DNA of 64,000 nt from an uncultured bacterium (GCA_963705705.1 CAVPKK010000004.1:1-64000); one strand, 5' to 3'; shown: positions 37,939 through 47,723, counted from the stretch's first letter. Translations and numbers: made by a program. The notes: a model not told the origin generated them from the letters alone.

Positions 37939-37980
37939 AAGCATGGTCTTTGAACCAAATTTGATTCAAAGACCATGCTT
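37939..37980. terminator. Bidirectional terminator hairpin
   Basis: AAGCATGGTCTTTGAA..TTCAAAGACCATGCTT between convergent genes. Confidence 0.75.
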
Positions 37981-38002
37981 ACTATTAAAAAACTAATTAG
38001 TC

Positions 38003-39214
38003 CTATATTGCAGGGGCACTTGTATTCGTAGTATCAGCTATTGGGGCGAAGATCGGTGGCTTAGTTCCACCATAATTGTTTAATAAACCATACGGTGAAC
38101 CATTATTAAAGGCAATGTTATTGGCAAAAAGCGCAGTTGCAGCAGGCGAAATATAAGCAGCATAGTTTTCGAATCCATAGCCAGCGTTATAATATGCATT
38201 ACAATTTTGTATCACAGCATTCGCATCTGGAGCGTCTGCTGTACCAATCAGGAAACCACTATTTGCGTTGAAGATTGCAGAACAGTTATTTATAAAACTC
38301 GATGAGCCTTCAGCACACACAAAACCATAAGAATTATTATTTGCTGAACAATGATCAATATAAACACCCGGAGCATCAATAAATATTCCAGCGTTCGCAC
38401 AGTTTGTTACAACAACATCTCGAATTGATATTTGTGCCGTTGACCCTTCGATAAGAATGCCAAATGCCGGGGCATTTTGAACAATACCATTCTTTACTGT
38501 CACATCATTCGCACTAAATACAACGATTCCATCGTTACCGCCGGCCACGGTCAGAGTGTTACCATTCAGATTAAACAAAACTTGGTTGCTTGAAATAGTA
38601 ATTGGAGCCGTAATAGTTGCATTTCCACACAATATATAGGTACCCGGTACAGTAATCAGGTATCCACCTGCAACATCGGCCGGCGTAAGATAGAAAATAT
38701 CGCAGCTTGGAACGCAAGAAGAACAAGCTAGAAGATTTCCTAGCACAGAGAACGTGCCATTAAAGTCTTGAACTAGCTCAGTTTTGATATCTATAAGTTC
38801 ACTGAATGTGCCGTTGAAGTCATCAATAATTAGTGCTTCGAGGTCTGCTAAAACTGAGAATGTGCCATTAAAATCTGCAACGAGTGTTGCCTCAATAGCA
38901 GCAAGCATCGTGTAAGCACCACTAAGATCACAAGATCCGGAAGCACATGGGCAAGCTAAAAGGGCCTCAAGCATTGAGAATGTGCCATTGAAATCATTAA
39001 CAACAAGAACTTCAAGACTATCCAAATCAGATTGGATTGATTCTAGCATTGAGAAAGTACCATTGAAATCCGCTTCGAGTTCTGCACAACAATTAGGACG
39101 CAGACAACTTCTTTCAGCCATATCCCCGCTCATATCCATTGCGGATACATATTCCGGTGCGGCCAGCGCGCCAATACACAGAGCGGCCATTAGGGTTTGT
39201 TTAAACGACATCAT
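38003..39214 (-). CDS. Secreted DFNGTFS-repeat coiled-coil / parallel beta-helix protein (paralog 1)
   Basis: Signal peptide, five DFNGTFS repeats, then ITVPGTYILC..FNLNGNTL and NC.A..N...GF beta-helix turns. Confidence 0.8.
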   Translation of the reverse strand: MMSFKQTLMAALCIGALAAPEYVSAMDMSGDMAERSCLRPNCCAELEADFNGTFSMLESIQSDLDSLEVLVVNDFNGTFSMLEALLACPCASGSCDLSGAYTMLAAIEATLVADFNGTFSVLADLEALIIDDFNGTFSELIDIKTELVQDFNGTFSVLGNLLACSSCVPSCDIFYLTPADVAGGYLITVPGTYILCGNATITAPITISSNQVLFNLNGNTLTVAGGNDGIVVFSANDVTVKNGIVQNAPAFGILIEGSTAQISIRDVVVTNCANAGIFIDAPGVYIDHCSANNNSYGFVCAEGSSSFINNCSAIFNANSGFLIGTADAPDANAVIQNCNAYYNAGYGFENYAAYISPAATALFANNIAFNNGSPYGLLNNYGGTKPPIFAPIADTTNTSAPAI

Positions 39215-39250
39215 TAGAAACTCCTTTTTCCCGATTGATACAAACAACAA

Positions 39251-39341
39251 GCGCTATCCCGAGTATCAATCACTTCTCGAGATGGCACATACCTTTCAGC
39301 GATACAAGTTAAGATTAACTATGGCTCAGAATGAATGGCAA
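39251..39341 (-). promoter_or_regulatory. Promoter plus 5' leader hairpin of paralog 1
   Basis: TTGCCA-18-TAATCT (39341-39312) and 38-nt hairpin 39251-39288; both mirrored upstream of paralog 2. Confidence 0.6.
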
Positions 39342-39420
39342 GCGATGATATCAAAATGAGACGATACCGCTTTACACAAAAAGCTTTTTGGCGACACTCA
39401 GTCTAATCTTGTTTTGAGAC

Positions 39421-39465
39421 AAAAAACGAGAGGGACAGTGGCGTTAACCAAGTCCCTCTGTTTTT
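39421..39465 (-). terminator. Intrinsic terminator after paralog 2
   Basis: AGAGGGAC..GTCCCTCT stem with flanking A/T tracts. Confidence 0.6.
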
Positions 39466-39483
39466 AAGAATATGAATTTAGGA

Positions 39484-41508
39484 TTAAGGCAATGTTGGTA
39501 CTGCCACATTAGTGAATGGGTTGACGGTGGCAGTGGTCAACAGCGTAGTGTATGAAGTCTCCATAAAGGTACCGGTTAGATTAGGTATAGAGAAATTTGC
39601 GACATCGTTATTTTGAGCCCAGTTATTGTGATATCTGTTCAAGCCAGCAGTCAATTCAGCTCCTCCAGTTGAATCATCAAATATGCCATAACCCTTGTTA
39701 TTATCGAACTGTGAATTGCTTACAGCAAGATTAATCGTGCTTCCATCAACGTTCAAGCCATAAGCATTTGTACCAACCGAAAATTCCTGAGCATTATTTG
39801 CAATACAAGCATCAACATATCCGAGTTGCAAGTTATATACCCTAAAACCAGCTGCACCAATTGCATTTGGTCCCGTAGTAATTGTGCTTCCTATAATGGT
39901 TTGTACGGTGCAATGATCAAATACAATATTAAATTGAGTATCTTCTATTTGATCATTTCTGGTCGTAGAAAAACCTGATGCTTCGCCGCCACTAAAATTT
40001 TCAATGACGTCAGCTTGAGAATCTCGACAGACAATGCTGGAGCAAAAGTTAATAAAATGGCCGCCATCTGCAAAACCATTTCCTACAGATAAATTAGCGA
40101 TCGCATGCGCGTTAAAGCGTTCCACTATCCCGCCTAGAATACTGGACCAGCTGAATCCTGCAGCGCCAGCAGAAGGCAAAGCGCCTCCAGAGACTATTGA
40201 TGATGCCGAGCAATCGGTCATGATAATATTTTTAGAATCCGAAGCCTCGAAACCAGCGGCCATACCAATTTTTGCTATAAGATTATTGGCAACACAAGAA
40301 CGTAGTATTACATCAAAAGTACCAATAGTAGTAAAACCAGCAATAATTGCTGCGAGCCCAGAGCCACCATCTGTATGCGCATTTGATTGGCAATTCAGGT
40401 ATGTAATAGTCTCAGAATTATTGTCACAGAAGCCAGCAAGCCGTGATGCATTTGGTGCGATTATATTGCTGCTCTGACAGTTTTCATACAATACATCTGT
40501 TGAATTCTGTATATAAGCACCTGCAGCAGCAACCGCAAATCCATAGTCGGAAGTTACCGCAACTGTTTGTCCAAATGAAAACTGACAATTGGTGACAAGC
40601 AAATCGCGGACACTGTCTCCAACTAAAGCTATTGAATCTGATGCGGCTACTGTTGCATCAAGTGAAAACCCTGTTTGGAGAATGTTTACATGATCAATGG
40701 CTATTGAAAATGAGGAACGGTTCAATTGAATGCCGAACTGAGAGAAGTTTCTGATATACCCGTTTACAATCGCGATGTTACTGTTGTTGCTGGTCAATGA
40801 AATAGCAGTACATAAAGCGGTATTGTTAACCTGCTGAATTGTGTGCTCGCTCAGATCTAAGTAAACATTACGCGCAGCAATAGTAATAGCCGTCGTCCCA
40901 GGAGCAATAGGAGCAAATGCAATATCCTCCGCAAGACAATAAACTCCCGGTGCACTAATAACATACCCGGCCGGACCAACATCTGCTTGAGTAATAGATA
41001 TTGGTGTACCGCAAGGTGCCAATGCCCCAATATCGATAAGAATCTCTTCCAGCATGCTAAAGGTGCCATTAAAGTCTTGAACTAGCTCAGTTTTGATATC
41101 TATAAGTTCACTGAATGTGCCGTTGAAGTCATCAATAATTAGTGCTTCAAGGTCTGCTAAGACTGAGAATGTGCCATTAAAGTCTGCAACGAGTGTTGTC
41201 TCAATCGCGACAAGCATTGTAAAAGCACCATTAAGATCACATGACCCGGCAGCGCACGGGCAAGCTAAGAGAGCCTCAAGCATTGAGAATGTGCCATTAA
41301 AGTCAGCAACTAGCTCAGCTTTAATATCAATCAATTCGCTGAATGTACCATTGAAATCTGCTTCGAGTTCTGCACAGCAATTCATCTTAGGGCGCAAACA
41401 GCTTCTTGTTATTGCATCCTCGCTCATATCCATAGCGGATACATATTCCGGGACGAACAGCGCGCCAACACACAGAGCGGTTAATAGGGTTTGTTTAAAC
41501 GACATCAT
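39484..41508 (-). CDS. Secreted DFNGTFS-repeat coiled-coil / parallel beta-helix protein (paralog 2)
   Basis: Same leader and five DFNGTFS repeats; ISAPGVYCLAEDI..LDLSEHTI then a long beta-helix with C.A/AGF turns. Confidence 0.8.
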   Translation of the reverse strand: MMSFKQTLLTALCVGALFVPEYVSAMDMSEDAITRSCLRPKMNCCAELEADFNGTFSELIDIKAELVADFNGTFSMLEALLACPCAAGSCDLNGAFTMLVAIETTLVADFNGTFSVLADLEALIIDDFNGTFSELIDIKTELVQDFNGTFSMLEEILIDIGALAPCGTPISITQADVGPAGYVISAPGVYCLAEDIAFAPIAPGTTAITIAARNVYLDLSEHTIQQVNNTALCTAISLTSNNSNIAIVNGYIRNFSQFGIQLNRSSFSIAIDHVNILQTGFSLDATVAASDSIALVGDSVRDLLVTNCQFSFGQTVAVTSDYGFAVAAAGAYIQNSTDVLYENCQSSNIIAPNASRLAGFCDNNSETITYLNCQSNAHTDGGSGLAAIIAGFTTIGTFDVILRSCVANNLIAKIGMAAGFEASDSKNIIMTDCSASSIVSGGALPSAGAAGFSWSSILGGIVERFNAHAIANLSVGNGFADGGHFINFCSSIVCRDSQADVIENFSGGEASGFSTTRNDQIEDTQFNIVFDHCTVQTIIGSTITTGPNAIGAAGFRVYNLQLGYVDACIANNAQEFSVGTNAYGLNVDGSTINLAVSNSQFDNNKGYGIFDDSTGGAELTAGLNRYHNNWAQNNDVANFSIPNLTGTFMETSYTTLLTTATVNPFTNVAVPTLP

Positions 41509-41541
41509 TAGGAACTCCTTCTTCCATGATTAATAAAAAAA

Positions 41542-41637
41542 GTGCAATCTCGAGCATCAATCGCATCTCGAAATCTCACTGAACTACTTTTTGGCCAATA
41601 CAATTTAAGAGTACCTGCGGCAGGAAAATCCCGTCAA
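41542..41637 (-). promoter_or_regulatory. Promoter plus 5' leader hairpin of paralog 2
   Basis: TTGACG-18-TACTCT (41637-41608) and hairpin 41542-41579 followed by a T-tract. Confidence 0.6.
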
Positions 41638-41810
41638 GCGATAGTAGCCAAATGAAGCAATAGAGCATCCGAGAAAGCATTTTCTGATTAAGACGTGAAA
41701 ATACGGCTAATTTGCAGGCCCTGTAGGCTAAAATCTGACGATCCGGTACAATATATCATTGCAAAATGGATGTTAACTGAATATACCTGCTCCCATACCT
41801 CATTACCTTT

Positions 41811-43691
41811 ATGATTCAATTACAAAACCTCACATTCGACCTCAATACCAACCTCATTTTTGAGGACATTAACTGCACGATCCAAGATAATGATCGTGTA
41901 GGAATAATTGGCCGCAATGGTGCCGGCAAATCCACCCTGCTTAAAATGATTGCCGGCAAACTCACACCGACATCAGGAAGCGTGCATATTCAGCGTGATT
42001 CGCGAATCGCATACTTACCACAAGAAGAGATTCTAAATTCCCCCTTAACCGTTTTTGATGAAGCATTTTCTGCCTTCAGTGAAATGGTGGTGACTGAGCA
42101 AAAAATTCATGAAATCGATGAGGCAATCGGCAATGGTACATGCACAGACGAGCAGTTGGAAGAGTATGCAGCACTCCATGAGATCATGCGGCAATGGAAT
42201 AAGGAAGAATCTATTCAACAAACTAAAGATGTACTTGCCGGATTGGGCTTCACGCCAGCAACAATCCAAAAGAATGTAAGCGAGTTGAGTACTGGTTGGA
42301 AAATGCGCCTTGCATTAGCCAAGTTATTATTAACCGATGCAGATATGTATTTATTTGATGAGCCGACCAACCACTTGGATATTGTTACTCAGCAATGGTT
42401 TTTGGAGAAACTGCAGTCGATGAAGCAAGGATTCATGTTGGTGAGCCATGATCAAGTATATTTGGAAAAAGTATGTACCAGCATCTTGGAAATTGAACGG
42501 GGCGAAGGCACCTATTACCGCGGCAATTTACAGTCTTATTTACGTGCAAAAGAAGAACGAATAGAACTTGCAAAACGAACACGTGCACGGCAAGAACGAG
42601 ACATTGCGCATAAGCAAACGATTATTGAAAAATTCCGGGCAAGCGCGACTAAGGCACGGCAGGCGCAAAGCTTGATGAAGAAGATTGACCGTATTGAACT
42701 GGTTGAGGTTGAGCCCCCATTGCCGACCATTAAGTTTCAGTTCCCAAGCCCGCCCAAGCCGGGCAATATTATTCTTACATTCCATAATTTGAGCTATGCC
42801 TTTGGGCAACAGCCGCCGGTGTTCCAAAATGCATCGGGCGAAATACAGCGAGGCGAACGAGTTGCGATTGTAGCTGCCAATGGGGTGGGCAAAAGTACCT
42901 TACTTAATTGCATCATGGGTACTTACACGCCAACGTCTGGCTATGCAAAGTTTGGGCACAACGTGCAAACGGCCTTCTTTGCGCAGGATCAAGCAAGAAC
43001 ATTGCATCCAGATAAAACAGTATTTAATGAAGTATCAGATGCATGTCCGAAAATAAGCACGTCGGAAATACGAGCAGTCCTTGGTGCCTTCCAATTTAGT
43101 GGTGACGACGTTGATAAAAAAATTAATGTACTGAGCGGCGGTGAGAAAAATCGTGTTGCAATGGCCAAAGTGTTGTTGCAGCGGGCAAATTTTTTGATAC
43201 TCGATGAACCAACCAACCATTTGGACCTATATGCCAAGGATGTGTTGCGTCAGGCACTCGCATCCTACGAAGGCACGATATTATTTGTTACCCACGACCT
43301 TACATTCATAAATAAACTAGCAACGCGCATCATTGAACTAACGCCAAACGATGCACATAGTTATCCTGGCACGTATGAAGAGTTTTGTGTTGCAAAAAAA
43401 TTGGCACACGTTGCAAACTCCAAGGTCACTACACCCATACAAGTGAATTCGAAAAAGAAAGAGAAAAATCCAGAGCATCGGGAATTATATAAAGAGATCC
43501 AATCTTTGGAACGATCTATTAATAAGCTCGAACATGAAGAGAAAAGGGAAGTTGAACTTTTAGGCCGCTGTGAGTATGGTTCTAATGAATACAGTAAATC
43601 TCTGAAAAAACTGACCGAAACTCAGGAAAAGTTGAAGAAAGTTCAGATGGAATGGGAAGAAAAAATGGATGATGCGGGTCGAAATCCATGA
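41811..43691 (+). CDS. ABC-F family ATPase (Uup/YheS-like)
   Basis: Two ABC domains (GRNGAGKST, AANGVGKST, DEPTNHLD twice), no TM helices, C-terminal coiled coil. Confidence 0.93.
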   Translation: MIQLQNLTFDLNTNLIFEDINCTIQDNDRVGIIGRNGAGKSTLLKMIAGKLTPTSGSVHIQRDSRIAYLPQEEILNSPLTVFDEAFSAFSEMVVTEQKIHEIDEAIGNGTCTDEQLEEYAALHEIMRQWNKEESIQQTKDVLAGLGFTPATIQKNVSELSTGWKMRLALAKLLLTDADMYLFDEPTNHLDIVTQQWFLEKLQSMKQGFMLVSHDQVYLEKVCTSILEIERGEGTYYRGNLQSYLRAKEERIELAKRTRARQERDIAHKQTIIEKFRASATKARQAQSLMKKIDRIELVEVEPPLPTIKFQFPSPPKPGNIILTFHNLSYAFGQQPPVFQNASGEIQRGERVAIVAANGVGKSTLLNCIMGTYTPTSGYAKFGHNVQTAFFAQDQARTLHPDKTVFNEVSDACPKISTSEIRAVLGAFQFSGDDVDKKINVLSGGEKNRVAMAKVLLQRANFLILDEPTNHLDLYAKDVLRQALASYEGTILFVTHDLTFINKLATRIIELTPNDAHSYPGTYEEFCVAKKLAHVANSKVTTPIQVNSKKKEKNPEHRELYKEIQSLERSINKLEHEEKREVELLGRCEYGSNEYSKSLKKLTETQEKLKKVQMEWEEKMDDAGRNP

Positions 43692-43702
43692 AGGGATTTT
43701 TG

Positions 43703-44524
43703 ATGAAGAAAATTATCGGCTTGGTAATATGCATGACACATTTCGCCTTCGGAAGCCCATGTCACCTGACCAAAGAGCAGGCGCAACAGTTGCAACAAAA
43801 AGGCTACGTTGTGCTCGAGGGAATTTTAGACAAAGAAGAAGTTGAGCTTGTCAGAACAATAGTTGATGGTATTGTTGCCGCGTATCAGATAAAAGAATGG
43901 GATAATGCATTTGCCAAGGGCTCTCACGGCAAAGATTATTACAACATCCGTACGGCACTCGATTATACCTCAGGCCTTGATTATCTCATCGATCATCCGA
44001 AATTATATGATGTAATCACTTCGCTTATGGGGCATAACATTCATATAACAACCTTCAATCTGTTTGTGCGTAAGCCGTGCACGCAATCAACTGATAACAA
44101 ACTTGGATTATTTCACGTTGATGTGGGGGCTACCAGCAAAAAAACTGCTGCTAACTTCCCCATGCAAATAAATGTACAATTTTTTTTAACTGATCTACCT
44201 GACGAAAATGCCGGCAATTTTATGGTAGTCCCTGGTACCCACTTCAATCATTTATCTGATGGCTACCACCAAATAGCTGAATGCAATAAATATCTTGAAA
44301 AAGATCTTTTACCACCAGGAACGGTTCAGATAAAGGCAAAGGCCGGCGATGTTTTAATTCATTTTTTGGAAGTCTGGCATGCCGTCGCTCCAAATTATTC
44401 AAACAATACACGCAAAAGCATTGGGCTGCGCTATGGGCAAAAGTCAGTTCGAAATGAAAATTTTAAGATAAATCCCGATATTCTAGGCCGCATGACAACT
44501 AGACAGCGTGGCCTATTAAGTTAG
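43703..44524 (+). CDS. PhyH-family Fe(II)/2-oxoglutarate dioxygenase with signal peptide
   Basis: GYVVLEGIL, FHVD, VVPGTH, KAGDVLI..WH..N...R; alternative start 43688. Confidence 0.85.
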   Translation: MKKIIGLVICMTHFAFGSPCHLTKEQAQQLQQKGYVVLEGILDKEEVELVRTIVDGIVAAYQIKEWDNAFAKGSHGKDYYNIRTALDYTSGLDYLIDHPKLYDVITSLMGHNIHITTFNLFVRKPCTQSTDNKLGLFHVDVGATSKKTAANFPMQINVQFFLTDLPDENAGNFMVVPGTHFNHLSDGYHQIAECNKYLEKDLLPPGTVQIKAKAGDVLIHFLEVWHAVAPNYSNNTRKSIGLRYGQKSVRNENFKINPDILGRMTTRQRGLLS

Positions 44525-44569
44525 GGGGCACTTTGACTTCATAGTGCGGCTGGCTAGACTTTTGTCATT

Positions 44570-46237
44570 ATGATTACAAAAAAACTACACCTAGCACTCG
44601 CATTATTTACAGCCGTTGCACCCGTTATTGCAAATCCTCAACACAACGATTCGTGGGAGTTTGGCAATCTTGTGCAGCATTCACTTAATAACACATCGCA
44701 ACGCAACCGCCTTAAGCAGGCCTGGACCGACATCTGCAATGTCTTTGGTCTGGTAGGTGCGGAGTTTGCAAATCGGATAACCTTAAGTAACAGAGAAGCC
44801 GATGTTATTACGCGGTTTGTAAGACAAAATAAAGAACTGTATGCCGCTTATGCCGCGACGGGGAATATTGATGATATTTTACCGCAAGTAAGCCAATCAG
44901 AAGTTAATGCCATCTTTACATCCAATCTCTATTTACGGGCTACCGATACGTTAAAAGATATGTGCCGAAATGAAGATCTTCTCTCACGCTGCTCAAATGC
45001 TATTAGATCAGCGGGCACCCAGATCATCCAATTTCTTGATGCATTGCAACCAAGATCAGACACAGAACGAGCCGACGTAGCGACCATCCGCGAAGAGGTG
45101 CGAACGTTTGTAAATTCAGCTGAACCGAATGCCCGAGATTTAGCGGCTGCATTTACCGACTGGCTATCATCCTATCGCGCCGGGCTTAAACGAGGCATCA
45201 TAAAAGCACCTCAATTTATACTACCTACCTCGTGGGCACGCTTACAACATTATGCGGAAGCGGCCCTCCGTGCTTGCGAAGTCGGTGATGGGTTTGTATT
45301 CAATCCAATTGTTTCTCTGCTTGAATCGATGGGAAAGGTGCTGGAAAAACGCTTTGCACCGCCCGCAGCTCCGGCTGATCATGCCACTTATGCGCCCGCT
45401 CCAGATAATGGTGATTCCGGGTTCGTTGATCACTTAAAAAATTATGGTTTGATGTATGCCGGCATTACCGTTGGTGGTATTGCCATTTGGTATTATTGGT
45501 ATCGTTCTGCTGCGCAACCGCGACGAGAACCGGATTTAGATCCGCGGCCGCGACGACCAGAACCGAATCCAAATCCAAATCGTGGCCAAGGCGCCGTACC
45601 GCCACCGCCGCCGTATCAAGAAAATCCACCGCCTATTAACCCTGAGTATGCACCAGGGAACCAAGCTCCGGTTTATCCTCGGCTTAATCCACTACCGCAG
45701 CCGCCGAATCCGCATCAGGCGCCGCCAGTTGTTCAGGCACCACCGGTAGTAAATATTATTAATCAGATGCCAGCTAACCCGCCACAGCCAGCTCCTCAAC
45801 CGCCAATGGCTGGTTTTATTCCTAATGTAATGGCTTCCATGCTTAGGTGCGCTTTTTGCGATCGCCAGCCGTGTTTATGTTGCAGAAGTTGTCATCGCTA
45901 TCAATGCTCGTGTTGTATGTGGTGCAACCAAACTCCATGCTTGGGCACTTACGCATTCTGTCTAAATCGACCCCGGCCACAGGCAGTACATGTTCACCAT
46001 TATCATGAACGACCAGTTTCTCCGGTTGTTGTAGTTCAACCTGCACCGGTATCACTGCCAACATATATACCGCCAACAAATGTACGGCCAGCGGTATCAT
46101 TACCACCAGTTAGCAGCCCAGCAAGTTTGGGCGGTTTTGGCGGCGGGACTTTCCAGTCATTTGGCAGCTCAGCTAGCAGTGCAAATTCACTATCGCGGGG
46201 TAAAGGTTTTGCAACAATGCCTGGGTTTGGCAAATAA
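44570..46237 (+). CDS. Single-pass membrane protein with Pro-rich and Cys-rich tail
   Basis: Signal peptide, TM YAGITVGGIAIWYYWY, PPPPPY, three CxxC-x4-C units. Confidence 0.75.
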   Translation: MITKKLHLALALFTAVAPVIANPQHNDSWEFGNLVQHSLNNTSQRNRLKQAWTDICNVFGLVGAEFANRITLSNREADVITRFVRQNKELYAAYAATGNIDDILPQVSQSEVNAIFTSNLYLRATDTLKDMCRNEDLLSRCSNAIRSAGTQIIQFLDALQPRSDTERADVATIREEVRTFVNSAEPNARDLAAAFTDWLSSYRAGLKRGIIKAPQFILPTSWARLQHYAEAALRACEVGDGFVFNPIVSLLESMGKVLEKRFAPPAAPADHATYAPAPDNGDSGFVDHLKNYGLMYAGITVGGIAIWYYWYRSAAQPRREPDLDPRPRRPEPNPNPNRGQGAVPPPPPYQENPPPINPEYAPGNQAPVYPRLNPLPQPPNPHQAPPVVQAPPVVNIINQMPANPPQPAPQPPMAGFIPNVMASMLRCAFCDRQPCLCCRSCHRYQCSCCMWCNQTPCLGTYAFCLNRPRPQAVHVHHYHERPVSPVVVVQPAPVSLPTYIPPTNVRPAVSLPPVSSPASLGGFGGGTFQSFGSSASSANSLSRGKGFATMPGFGK

Positions 46238-46319
46238 AATCCTGCGTCTCTACCAATTTCCTCATATAGTATGTTAGCCTTAACATGAATGGCAGCTCAG
46301 GCATACATAAAGGATTTTT

Positions 46320-47723
46320 ATGACTACTGCACAAAAAGTTATTCGCTACTTTTATCCTGACTTAAAACAGGAAGAGATAAGAAAATTTGGCATATTATCG
46401 GTTATTTTTTTTCTTATCATCGGAACTTATTGGTTACTTCGTCTGCTTAAGTACACCATTTTCCTTAAGATCGCTTTTCCGGAATGCCATGGTTGGGCAT
46501 CTGAACAGGGCCGTTTGTTTCAGCCAACGGCAAAGAAATTATCACCCTGGATAGTGTTGATCATGGTGCTCATCTACTCCAAATTGGTAGATAAGGTAAA
46601 AAAGCACCAGCTCTTTTATATAATCTGTACTTTCTATGCCATATTGTTTTGCGGATTCGCTGGCATCCTTTTGCTAAAAGATCTCTACGGAACCCAAATG
46701 ATAGGCAAATTAGCGTTGGCCACACTTGGCTGGGTAAGCTATTTTGCCATTGAAAGCTTTGGTTCATTAGTTGTTTCTTTATTTTGGGCATTCACTAATA
46801 GCACTACCGATTCCGATTCTGCCAAACGCGGGTTTCCATTCATTGTGGCTATGGCACAACTAGCAGCCATTTTTGGATCTGGCACATTATTCTTTTCTGG
46901 TTCTCTTGGAACACTGTGGCCTATTTTGCTATTGGCCTCTATCTTGGTTTTGGCCGTTATTCCTTGCGTGCGTTATTTCGAGCAACACGTTCCCGCATCA
47001 ATGATGGTTGGTAACGTTGCTGCGGCGGCAACTGAGAAAAGGAAGGAAGGCTTCATTGAAGGATTTGTTTCAGGAATTGTATTACTATTTTCTCGCTCCT
47101 ATTTACTTGGCGTGCTTGTAATTTCAACCTTCTACGAAGCGGTATCACAAATTGTGGAATATCAGATGCAAGCATATGCCTGCATGGCACCAGCGTATAA
47201 AAGCGAAATCGCTTTTGCCCAGTTTATGAGCCTGTATGGCATCGCGACCAATGTTGTTTCATTCTTGGTTGCATTGCTTGGCACCGGCTACATTCTTAAA
47301 CGATTTGGTGCCCGCATTAGTTTGTTAGTTTACCCTATCACCTTTGGCCTCACCCTGTTAGGGCTATATACCTATTTCAAATTCCACCCTTCCCCGGCGT
47401 TACTATTATGGGCAACCTTTGTTGCAGTGGTAATCTTAAAGGGAGTTGGTTATGCGGTGAATTCGCCAACCAAGGAAATGATGTATATCCCGACCAGCAA
47501 GGATGCCAAATTCAAATCTAAAGGTTGGATCGATACCTTCGGTAGCCGCTTTTCTAAATCCGGCGGCGCCCAAGTTAATGACATGTTTAAAACCAACCTT
47601 CCCGATCTTATGTTTTATGGTTCTATGATCGGCTTTGGCGTGGTCGGCATCTGGATTGTTGCGGCCATCTATGTTGGCACCAGGAACAAACAACTCGTTG
47701 AATCTCGCCAAATCATTGAATAG
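46320..47723 (+). CDS. NTT/TLC family nucleotide translocase (second paralog)
   Basis: YWLLRLLK, ESFGSLVVSLFWAF..SAKRGFP, PTKEMMYIPTSKDAKFKSKGWIDTFGSR. Confidence 0.88.
   Translation: MTTAQKVIRYFYPDLKQEEIRKFGILSVIFFLIIGTYWLLRLLKYTIFLKIAFPECHGWASEQGRLFQPTAKKLSPWIVLIMVLIYSKLVDKVKKHQLFYIICTFYAILFCGFAGILLLKDLYGTQMIGKLALATLGWVSYFAIESFGSLVVSLFWAFTNSTTDSDSAKRGFPFIVAMAQLAAIFGSGTLFFSGSLGTLWPILLLASILVLAVIPCVRYFEQHVPASMMVGNVAAAATEKRKEGFIEGFVSGIVLLFSRSYLLGVLVISTFYEAVSQIVEYQMQAYACMAPAYKSEIAFAQFMSLYGIATNVVSFLVALLGTGYILKRFGARISLLVYPITFGLTLLGLYTYFKFHPSPALLLWATFVAVVILKGVGYAVNSPTKEMMYIPTSKDAKFKSKGWIDTFGSRFSKSGGAQVNDMFKTNLPDLMFYGSMIGFGVVGIWIVAAIYVGTRNKQLVESRQIIE

Noticed and set aside
38750..41360. 54-nt periodic repeats as a CRISPR array
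   Set aside because: They are in-frame coding repeats (DFNGTFS) with synonymous variation; no cas genes.
38003..41508. Prophage tailspike genes
   Set aside because: Sec-type leaders, own promoters and terminators, and no phage genes nearby.
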